Part shown: piece after piece, positions 52,177-59,315 of the stretch
Layout of the letters: each line of letters starts with the position of its first letter
Position numbering within the stretch: position 1 is the first letter of the stretch
The notes under the pieces: model-generated
Databases searched by the model: none
The model's input: only the letters and a program-made list of their open reading frames with translations
What the model was told of the DNA's origin: nothing
Program-made: the position numbers and the translations under genes
Source: a virus
DNA length: 64,000 nucleotides
IMG/VR virus record: IMGVR_UViG_3300022555_003222
Coordinates: 32,001 to 96,000 of that record
Direction: 5' to 3' (one strand)

Positions 52177-52635
52177 TTAAAATGGTGACGATGGAGCCTG
52201 TTGCTTCACCAATACTCTTTTTTCTTTTAGATACTGAGCAAGCTTAATCACATGCTTGCATACCCCGCCTCTGGCTTTCGCTCTAATAAATTGAATACAA
52301 GTACAACTTGGTTCCACATCCGTATCACGATAACCCAATCTTTCAAAATGATATTCTTTGCCGTCCGGTCCCTGGAGATGATAATCATTAGGTGACCACA
52401 TGCCAGTCATATAGGAGATGTTGCGAAACAAAAGTTTCGTGACATACATGTCTCCCTGACTACCTCGAATACGACCAGTAAACAATAAGGTCTTCGCCTG
52501 GGGATCAGGACGAGTTACTACATTGTCAACCTCTATGTTCCCAATCCTATTCAGAATGTCCGCTTGATTCTGCTGCGTCTTTTGAAAAAATCCAGCTAAA
52601 TCAGTTTCAGAAAGTAACCACTGCTTGAAATTCAT
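52177..52635 (-). CDS. SWIM zinc-finger protein
   Basis: CTC..F.......CKH; MNFKQWLLSE N-terminus. Confidence 0.7.
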   Translation of the reverse strand: MNFKQWLLSETDLAGFFQKTQQNQADILNRIGNIEVDNVVTRPDPQAKTLLFTGRIRGSQGDMYVTKLLFRNISYMTGMWSPNDYHLQGPDGKEYHFERLGYRDTDVEPSCTCIQFIRAKARGGVCKHVIKLAQYLKEKRVLVKQQAPSSPF

Positions 52636-52687
52636 TTTTACCCCTCTTCAGGTTCATGTTATTATCTATGAATCGATATATAATTCC

Positions 52688-53209
52688 ATGAAAACTTTTA
52701 CACAATGGATAGAAGCAATTTCGGCTCCCAACATGAGTAATTACGATGATATCAGAATTACCAAATCTGAAAAGCCTGTTTTGGATAAAGTGAAAGCCGT
52801 GCTCTCTCATTTGAATACCGTCAAGTACGAAATCCTTGGTCACGGCATCCGAAGTGTAGCAGATCTACCAGCAATATACAAAAATGGATTATTGTTTCCA
52901 GTAGGAAGAGCAGAAAATCCAGTACCACATATAGATGGGTTTATGGGAACTACACGAACAATATTTGAGGCTGGAATTCCAATTGAAGAACAAGCAGATA
53001 AACACTTCGATGGATTACTCCAATGGAGCTACGCACATAGAAAACAAATCCTGCTCATCCAAGCCCCACCAAACGATCCACTTTCCATTATTGTAAACAA
53101 TCCCCAAGAACGAACGGCAACGCATTGGAGATGGTCGCCCTATATCATTGATCCTAAATCAATGCTGGGCTATTTTGATGCTGAACAAATTAAATTCTTT
53201 CCCAAATGA
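52688..53209 (+). CDS. hypothetical protein, possible ADP-ribosyltransferase-like fold
   Basis: MKTFTQWIE start; GHG....L..IYKNGL resembles the ART HGT..I...GL strand. Confidence 0.5.
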   Translation: MKTFTQWIEAISAPNMSNYDDIRITKSEKPVLDKVKAVLSHLNTVKYEILGHGIRSVADLPAIYKNGLLFPVGRAENPVPHIDGFMGTTRTIFEAGIPIEEQADKHFDGLLQWSYAHRKQILLIQAPPNDPLSIIVNNPQERTATHWRWSPYIIDPKSMLGYFDAEQIKFFPK

Positions 53210-53241
53210 AAAACCCACTCCCGCAAAGCGGGAGTGGGTTT
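53209..53241. terminator. bidirectional terminator
   Basis: aaacccactcccgc-aaa-gcgggagtgggttt between convergent genes. Confidence 0.85.
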
Positions 53242-53250
53242 ATTAAACAA

Positions 53251-53445
53251 TTACTCTTCGTCTATCTGCTTGGCCGCATTTCTGCTGTTCTCAGGTGTGT
53301 TCTTCTTGTAAGGTGGCTTCTTGCTGTCCCTGTATCTTGGATTCCCACCCACATAACCACTCTTTCCATGATTCTGATCATTAACGTGCTTCCCTTGATA
53401 AGAATCCCGATCCTTGCCCTCCATCCACTGTGTAAATGTAATCAT
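53251..53445 (-). CDS. small protein with MITFTQWME N-terminus
   Basis: 64 aa; AAGGAGG RBS. Confidence 0.6.
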   Translation of the reverse strand: MITFTQWMEGKDRDSYQGKHVNDQNHGKSGYVGGNPRYRDSKKPPYKKNTPENSRNAAKQIDEE

Positions 53446-53484
53446 GTTGCCTCCTTAACTATATATAATTAGAAGGAGAACAAA

Positions 53485-53829
53485 ATGAATATACTATGCG
53501 TGATGACAATACTGATTACCTTAGGTGCTGACCCCGCTCCCGCCTACAAAGGCACCCTCAATCAACAAATACAACAAGCCTACCGAGATCAAGGTGGCCC
53601 AGCTAGATTGCCAGCCACCAATGTCCAATTGCCCACATTTAATAACGTAGGCTACGCTCCCGTAATTGTAGTGTTGCCAGAAGGTGTCAATATGGGAGCT
53701 TCTGTATCCGTTTCAGCAGATAGAAGATATATAAGATTCAGTACAGCACCCACCATCATGTTCTCCACAATTCCACAATGGAGTACGTACAATATACAAA
53801 CAGGACAAACTATTACTCATAGACGATGA
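53485..53829 (+). CDS. secreted protein with planctomycete-type VSADRRY motif
   Basis: signal peptide; VGYAPVIVVLPEG...VSADRRYIRF; AAGGAG RBS. Confidence 0.55.
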   Translation: MNILCVMTILITLGADPAPAYKGTLNQQIQQAYRDQGGPARLPATNVQLPTFNNVGYAPVIVVLPEGVNMGASVSVSADRRYIRFSTAPTIMFSTIPQWSTYNIQTGQTITHRR

Positions 53830-54212
53830 AGTATGGATATGCCAGAAAAATCTAGAATCGTATCAGAGCCAGGAGCCATTGTCACATTACATACTTTGAT
53901 AGTACCACCCTCTCCATTCTTTCTTGTTAATTTCCAATCTTCTTCTAAAGCTAAAAGCAAATCTTGTGGCATTTTCTTTTCTAGGTAAATACTGCCAAAC
54001 CAAAAACTGTACCGATCTCCTCTATACGATAACACCTCTGCTTGACAACTCACTTCTTTTTCTTGAACCGTTAATGTCACAGGCTCTAAATCCGAAGATA
54101 ATGTTTGCAACATCGTCCGTACCAAGGGAACCAAATCCGCCCCTCTCTTGTCAGATATGCCTTTCCACTTCAGAAAAAGCTTGTCGTCCATCGCTATGTT
54201 TAATTGCTTCAT
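53817..54212 (-). CDS. hypothetical protein, possible N-terminal ribbon-helix-helix
   Basis: MKQLNIAMDDKLF..WK...KRG..L..LVR. Confidence 0.5.
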   Translation of the reverse strand: MKQLNIAMDDKLFLKWKGISDKRGADLVPLVRTMLQTLSSDLEPVTLTVQEKEVSCQAEVLSYRGDRYSFWFGSIYLEKKMPQDLLLALEEDWKLTRKNGEGGTIKVCNVTMAPGSDTILDFSGISILHRL

Positions 54213-54233
54213 TGGTTATTCCTTTCTAAAAAT

Positions 54234-54262
54234 AAACCCACCCGCCATCGGCGGGTGGGTTT
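54234..54262 (-). terminator. intrinsic terminator
   Basis: aaacccacccgcc-atc-ggcgggtgggttt. Confidence 0.8.
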
Positions 54263-54267
54263 CTCAA

Positions 54268-54531
54268 TTATTGCTTGAACATGGCTAGCCTTGGGGCAAA
54301 ACCCATCGCCTCCATCTTCTCGCCATGACCTAAAGCCACAGCCTGCTTTAATCCAGCATCGCCAAGCTGTTGCAATACCTGTAACATCGCCTGCTCAATG
54401 CCTATCACGCCGTCGTAACCCATGTTAGGATAGTTTACCGTCGAATTGAAAAAGTCAACCGCTGACCCATCCGTCGTAACTTCCTTGACATCCAGTACAA
54501 CGCTCACACTAAATCTCTGATTCTTATCCAT
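54268..54531 (-). CDS. hypothetical protein
   Basis: 87 aa; AAGGAG RBS. Confidence 0.6.
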   Translation of the reverse strand: MDKNQRFSVSVVLDVKEVTTDGSAVDFFNSTVNYPNMGYDGVIGIEQAMLQVLQQLGDAGLKQAVALGHGEKMEAMGFAPRLAMFKQ

Positions 54532-54813
54532 AACATCTCCTTAATAAGAAGGTCTAGAGATTATATAAGCACTAGAGAAAATATTTTATACTCAATAAGT
54601 TGCACATCAATAAACCCCTTATAAGAAAGGAGTAGGAGTCCCTAGAAGTTTTTTAGCCTTTTAGCCCCCAAACAAAAGTTCCCCTATTTCAAATTTTGAA
54701 ACATCCTTTGAAAAGAAAGAACCGCCGTACTAGCTTACCCAGCCGGTGGGTGGGGAACCAAAAATAAAAACTTTTTCAAAAAATTTTTTCTATTCTTTTT
54801 TTTGTAACACGGT

Positions 54814-54896
54814 TGAGTGCAGATGTATAGGGGGCCAGAAGGCCGACAGGCACAGCCCACGGCTACGCCGTGGGCTGTGCTATACATCTGCACTCA
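54814..54896. repeat. 17-bp perfect inverted pair of the array motif flanking a 14-bp-stem hairpin
   Basis: tgagtgcagatgtatag (54814-54830) / ctatacatctgcactca (54880-54896); gcacagcccacggc-tac-gccgtgggctgtgc between them. Confidence 0.9.
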
Positions 54897-55005
54897 GTAT
54901 GCTAGCGTGTGGTGTACTCCTGTACTGCACAGTGTACTAGCGTATGGTGTACGCCTACACAGTATAGCATACATGGTGTATGCTATACTGTAGTGTACGC
55001 ATGGG

Positions 55006-55269
55006 CTACATGCAGTCGTAGCCATAGTCGTGCCCGAACGATGGGCAGGCCACTGGTGGCCGTGGCCGCTCGGCCTCGGGCCGCACACACTTCATCAGTG
55101 TGTGGGTCGAACAGCCAGTAGCAAGCCGTGTCGCATGGTCGGCCTCGACCTCGACGAACAGATACCGATAGCCCTCGTCTATCAGGCCCATCAGTACGTC
55201 CATCCAGTTGGCCGGGGTGCAGGGGTAGGCCATGTCGTCGCCGCAACGGGAAGCAGATCGGATGTGCAT
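55006..55269 (-). CDS. array hypothetical protein
   Basis: downstream of motif 55313; AAGGA RBS. Confidence 0.55.
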   Translation of the reverse strand: MHIRSASRCGDDMAYPCTPANWMDVLMGLIDEGYRYLFVEVEADHATRLATGCSTHTLMKCVRPEAERPRPPVACPSFGHDYGYDCM

Positions 55270-55391
55270 TGTCGTGTCCTTGTGTTGGTTGTGTTGTCTC
55301 GTTACACCACCAGTTATACATCTGCACTAAGCAGGTGTTTCTCGTCGGGGCAAGAGCCACCGGCCAGAGGCCGGTGGCTCATTCGTTAGCC

Positions 55392-55646
55392 CTATCGCTT
55401 GGGCATCCGTACACCATTCATGGCTCTGGTCAGCATGGACTGGATACGCTCCAGACTCCAGCCCGTGTGCCGTAGGCTGTCGGTGTATCGGTTCAGTTCA
55501 GGCCAATGGCCGGTGCTGAACATCTGCCGCATCGTCGCCACTTCCTCGCCCTCGACGATCTCGTTATCCATCAGTCGCTCGTCCATGCTGGCCGTGGCCG
55601 TTCGGCTCTCGTCACCCGCTTGCTGTCCTTGGTATCTTGCTCGCAT
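55392..55646 (-). CDS. array hypothetical protein
   Basis: downstream of motif 55687. Confidence 0.6.
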   Translation of the reverse strand: MRARYQGQQAGDESRTATASMDERLMDNEIVEGEEVATMRQMFSTGHWPELNRYTDSLRHTGWSLERIQSMLTRAMNGVRMPKR

Positions 55647-55739
55647 GATCGTGTCCCTTGTGGTGGTTGTTCTCGTTACACCGGCAGTTATACACCTGCA
55701 CTAAGCAGGTGTTTCTCGTCGTAGTCCGGGCTGCATAAC

Positions 55740-56012
55740 CTACTCGTTCCAGCCGTTATAGTCCTCGTCCATGCCATGACCGGCAGACGACATGCCGCTG
55801 TCGAAGTCGCCGTCCATGCTCTCGTCGCAGTCGTCGAAGTCCTCGTCGTCGTCGTCCTCGTCATAGTCGTCGAAGTCGTCCATGTCCTCGTTGTCCTCCG
55901 GGCCGTACATCTGCTCGTACCGCTGGCTGGCCTGCTCCTCAAGCCAGACTTCGCAGCAGCAGCAGTCCTCGCCGCCGCAACCGTTGCAACGTGGTGAACC
56001 GTGGTAAGGCAT
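55740..56012 (-). CDS. extremely acidic small protein with Cys cluster
   Basis: MPYHGSPRCNGC..CCCC then Asp/Glu tract; GGAG RBS; motif 56055. Confidence 0.65.
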   Translation of the reverse strand: MPYHGSPRCNGCGGEDCCCCEVWLEEQASQRYEQMYGPEDNEDMDDFDDYDEDDDDEDFDDCDESMDGDFDSGMSSAGHGMDEDYNGWNE

Positions 56013-56117
56013 GATAGTCTCCGTTAGTGGTTGTGATTGGTGGTCGTGCCAACAGTTATACAACTGCACTTGCTGCAATAAAAAGACAGCACCGGCCTGG
56101 GCCGGTGCATAGGTTTC

Positions 56118-56222
56118 TTAACCTAACAGACGACGACTGAACCGAACCGCCCTCGAATGTGCATAGTAGGCACGTTTCGCAGGGTCAGAACTGAAACGAC
56201 GCTTCCTCGTTCCATCCGGCAT
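56118..56222 (-). CDS. small basic protein (34 aa; not in ORF track)
   Basis: AAGGAGG then MPDGTRKRRFSSDPAKRAYYAHSRAVRFSRRLLG; motif 56283; hairpin 56089-56108 after the stop. Confidence 0.55.
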   Translation of the reverse strand: MPDGTRKRRFSSDPAKRAYYAHSRAVRFSRRLLG

Positions 56223-56276
56223 GGTCATTCCTCCTTGGACAAACTAAGGGGCAGTCGGCGGAAGTCGCTGACTGCC

Positions 56277-56449
56277 CCCTCAGTTATACAACTGCACTCG
56301 ACACTTAAAACTTCATGTTAGCCTCCATAGGTATAGACCCTCAGCCTTGCACCCTCAGTTATACATCTGCACTCACATTCAAACCTTCATAGTTGCCTCC
56401 ATCGGTGTAGAGTGTTAGCCTTGTGCCCTCAGTTATACAACTGCACTCT
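56277..56449 (-). repeat. tandem ~75-bp promoter-RBS-minigene units
   Basis: ccctcagttataca.ctgcactc at 75/74-bp spacing; GGAGG-5 nt-ATG AAG GTT TGA and ATG AAG TTT TAA. Confidence 0.8.
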
Positions 56450-56559
56450 CCCTTAGTGCGATCATAGTTGCTAGTGCATAGACTGATAGCTAGATCACCT
56501 AGACTACTAGACTGCGTAAAGCCCTACCCTGCTTCGCAGGGTAGGGCCGACCGGCCTAA

Positions 56560-56847
56560 TCAGGCCGCTTGTTTGACCTTGTGGACCTTGGCCTTGGGCA
56601 CGGTGACCCGGACGATGGGCCGACCGGGGAACTTGGTATGGGCCACGGCCTCGGCATGGGCCACCTTCTCGTACTTACGGGGCAGCAAGATGACGACGCC
56701 GTTGCCGGTCGTGTTTCTCGCACCGATGCTGTAACGTCGCCCGTCACTGACGATAGCCAGGGCATAGACGCCGTTCAGGACGGCACGCCACGCTTGCTTA
56801 CGGACGTTGTGAATGGCATTGGTCTGGATGTAGGGGGTGCTGGTCAT
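56560..56847 (-). CDS. array basic protein ending -QAA
   Basis: motif 56893; hairpin 56521-56547 downstream. Confidence 0.65.
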   Translation of the reverse strand: MTSTPYIQTNAIHNVRKQAWRAVLNGVYALAIVSDGRRYSIGARNTTGNGVVILLPRKYEKVAHAEAVAHTKFPGRPIVRVTVPKAKVHKVKQAA

Positions 56848-56906
56848 GGTTTCGATTCCTTTGGGTTATGATTGGTTCTTGTTACACTGTTGGTTATACA
56901 CCTGGA

Positions 56907-57089
56907 CTAAGGTAGACTTCTCACGAATTCATACCCAACGTCGTTGATGACCAGGGTATAGCTGGGGTTGTCGTCGTGCTTGAACCACACTTCCCACTTG
57001 CCGGTGTCGATGTTTTCGACAATGGCTTCGTCGTTGTGGATACTGACTAGACGATAGCCAGCTTGTTCCAATGTTTCTCGTAATGGCAT
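56907..57089 (-). CDS. array hypothetical protein
   Basis: motif 57112, GGAG RBS; stop overlaps next motif. Confidence 0.65.
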   Translation of the reverse strand: MPLRETLEQAGYRLVSIHNDEAIVENIDTGKWEVWFKHDDNPSYTLVINDVGYEFVRSLP

Positions 57090-57174
57090 GGTTGGTTCTC
57101 CTGTGCCCTCAGTTATACATCTGGACTTGGGAGGAAAGACCTTCCCCTGCGAAGCAGGGGAAGGTCTATAGGTA

Positions 57175-57498
57175 TCAGACTCGGGCAGGTAGGCCCAGTT
57201 CGATCAGGGCTTCGGCATCCCAATTCTCGGGCATCTCGTTCTCGCACCGATAGGCATAGTCTTGGGCTGCTTCGTCGTTATCGTCGTAATAGCAAGCCAC
57301 TTCGACATACGTTCCAAAGTCGTGGCTATTGCTCTTGATCTTCAATTGGGCCAAATCTGGCTCGGGGCCGAACTCACGCCGTAACTGGTTGATGAAGGCC
57401 CGGCACTCGGCCCTGGCCCGCTGGGGGTCATAGCTCGGTCCAAGCTGTTCGCAGTCCTCGGCTGCCGGGGTGCAACTCAGTTCCATGTAATCTCGCAT
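57175..57498 (-). CDS. array hypothetical protein
   Basis: motif 57543; GGAG RBS; HDFGTY motif. Confidence 0.65.
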   Translation of the reverse strand: MRDYMELSCTPAAEDCEQLGPSYDPQRARAECRAFINQLRREFGPEPDLAQLKIKSNSHDFGTYVEVACYYDDNDEAAQDYAYRCENEMPENWDAEALIELGLPARV

Positions 57499-57605
57499 GA
57501 TCGTTCTCCGTTGTGGTTGGGTGTTGTCTCGTTACACTAGCACTTATACACCTGAACTGAAGATATATCCTGGTCTAGCATATATCCTCTGGCATGTATC
57601 CTGGT

Positions 57606-57788
57606 CTAGCAAGCTCCCATGATAAGCACTTCTTCGGCACCGTATACCTTATTGGCACCGCAAGCCTCGCACTCATAGCCACGGGCATCGGGTTCCACGC
57701 CTTGGGCTTCGGCACCGCAAGCCAAGCAAAAACCTACGTTATCATCGCTCTCGACCGCTTCCATCACACGCTCGATATTCAGTTTCAT
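57606..57788 (-). CDS. zinc-ribbon protein
   Basis: GFCLACG...YECEACG. Confidence 0.65.
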   Translation of the reverse strand: MKLNIERVMEAVESDDNVGFCLACGAEAQGVEPDARGYECEACGANKVYGAEEVLIMGAC

Positions 57789-57919
57789 TGTTTCGTTCCT
57801 TGTGGTTAATGACAAAGAGGACGCAGCTTGTACTTCGCTGCTTCACAACAAGGAAGATTGGGAGGGCTTGCCTCTTACTCTATTGTTGTGTCCTTGATGC
57901 TATTGGTTATACAACCGGA

Positions 57920-58174
57920 CTAAGCCGCTTTTGCAAGCTGGGGCTTAGGCTGTCGCTGATGGTTCTTCAGCAGTATCGCTCGTATAGCTTGCTGCTCCAA
58001 GACGATATGCTTCAGGACGCTCTCGACTCGGCCTGTTGCTACGGAAGTTCGCAGCAATTCTTTCAACTCGGCCAAGGTCACGATCTCGTTGTCGTACTGA
58101 CGGGCTGCCAGTTCATCATCGCTATCGAACAGTTTGCCATCCGATGCTTTGATCTTAGATATACGCTGAATCAT
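57920..58174 (-). CDS. array hypothetical protein ending -KAA
   Basis: AAGGAG RBS; stop overlaps motif 57906. Confidence 0.65.
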   Translation of the reverse strand: MIQRISKIKASDGKLFDSDDELAARQYDNEIVTLAELKELLRTSVATGRVESVLKHIVLEQQAIRAILLKNHQRQPKPQLAKAA

Positions 58175-58176
58175 CT

Positions 58177-58335
58177 TTACTCCTTATGGGTCATTGCCTT
58201 AGCTGTTTGCTCGGCATCGGTCTTACTATTGGTAAAGTAATCGGCTTCTGGCATACGCTTACCATTAGCATCGTATGCTCTGACAATATATTCACCATCG
58301 TGCTTCTTGATGGTGGTACTCGTTATGTTTGTCAT
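58177..58335 (-). CDS. array small protein (52 aa; not in ORF track)
   Basis: MTNITSTTIKKHDGEYIVRAY...; 22 nt after motif 58358. Confidence 0.6.
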   Translation of the reverse strand: MTNITSTTIKKHDGEYIVRAYDANGKRMPEADYFTNSKTDAEQTAKAMTHKE

Positions 58336-58371
58336 GGTTGGTTTCCTTGTGCCGGTAGTTATACACCTGCA

Positions 58372-58617
58372 CTAGAACGGTATTTCATCGGTGTTCGGTT
58401 TGGTCGGCTTGCCCGGAACGTCGTGTTCTAGGGACAGTTCCAGATCAGCCGTATCGTTTACATCTTCGGGATGGGGTACAGCAGGGCCGTTATAAAACGG
58501 GTTCCGTTCCCATGTATCGTAATCCGTCAGAATCCAGGCTCGATCAGGATGATCGGCTCCAACATTGGCCGCATACTCACGGCAGGCATCAGCAGGGGTA
58601 GCAAGTTGATCGTACAT
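58372..58617 (-). CDS. array protein ending in SSB-tail-like DEIPF
   Basis: motif 58640; GGAG RBS. Confidence 0.65.
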   Translation of the reverse strand: MYDQLATPADACREYAANVGADHPDRAWILTDYDTWERNPFYNGPAVPHPEDVNDTADLELSLEHDVPGKPTKPNTDEIPF

Positions 58618-58640
58618 GATTGGTTCTCCTATGCCACTAC

Positions 58641-58769
58641 TTATACACCTGCACTTGCCGTCTTTTTCCCAAGTCGTCGTGTGCTTTTGTTGGCAACACG
58701 CTTGCCATAGGGCTTCAAGTGCTTGGCATAGCTTCGTGCCTTCGTGCTGGTTTCGGGGTGCTTACGCAT
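58641..58769 (-). CDS. small Lys/Arg-rich protein reading through the motif
   Basis: MRKHPETSTKARSYAKHLKPYGKR...SAGV; the last four codons and stop are the motif. Confidence 0.5.
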   Translation of the reverse strand: MRKHPETSTKARSYAKHLKPYGKRVANKSTRRLGKKTASAGV

Positions 58770-58782
58770 TGGTTTACTCGCT

Positions 58783-59019
58783 CTAGTGCTGGTCGTATTG
58801 GGACACACAAGCAGGACAATGGTAATAAGTGCCATATCCTGCCCACCCAACGGGGAAATGGGTGCCGATAGGAATGTTCATGGCATCAGGTAAGTCGTCA
58901 ACTTGCAGATGCTCGACTTCGATCTTGATGTTCTCAGTTCGTCCTCGGCATTTACACTTCGCACAAACGATGGGCAAGTTGACGATCATCGTTGCTTTCC
59001 GAATCATAATGTCTTTCAT
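58783..59019 (-). CDS. zinc-finger-like protein
   Basis: CAKC...GW....HCPAC; degenerate motif at 59041. Confidence 0.6.
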   Translation of the reverse strand: MKDIMIRKATMIVNLPIVCAKCKCRGRTENIKIEVEHLQVDDLPDAMNIPIGTHFPVGWAGYGTYYHCPACVSQYDQH

Positions 59020-59063
59020 CGTGGTTCTCCTGTGCCATTACCTATACATCGGGACCAAGCACA

Positions 59064-59315
59064 TTAGCCCTGAATACGCTTTGTATAGTTCTTGATCGGT
59101 TCGGCCAAGGCATCGGCAAGGTCGCTGACATGAATCAACACTTCCTCATATCCCGCACTATGCCCATGCTCCCAAGCATTGTAAGCTATGGCCGAATGAA
59201 ACTCTTTAGGAAGATCGGCCAGCAGTTCAGTCTGCTTGGCCTCGAACTGCTCTTGGGTTAGTCGGGCCGGTGGTGTTGGTGTTGGCCGATCACTAAAAGG
59301 ATAAATTTTATTCAT
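59064..59315 (-). CDS. array hypothetical protein
   Basis: AWEHGHSAGYEEV; start uncertain, first ATG abuts motif 59316. Confidence 0.6.
   Translation of the reverse strand: MNKIYPFSDRPTPTPPARLTQEQFEAKQTELLADLPKEFHSAIAYNAWEHGHSAGYEEVLIHVSDLADALAEPIKNYTKRIQG

Noticed and set aside
56277-56449. CRISPR mini-array (23-bp repeats at ~75-bp period)
   Set aside because: The two spacers are homologous to each other and contain RBS plus ATG. The repeat is the same motif found before about 20 genes, and no cas gene is in the window.
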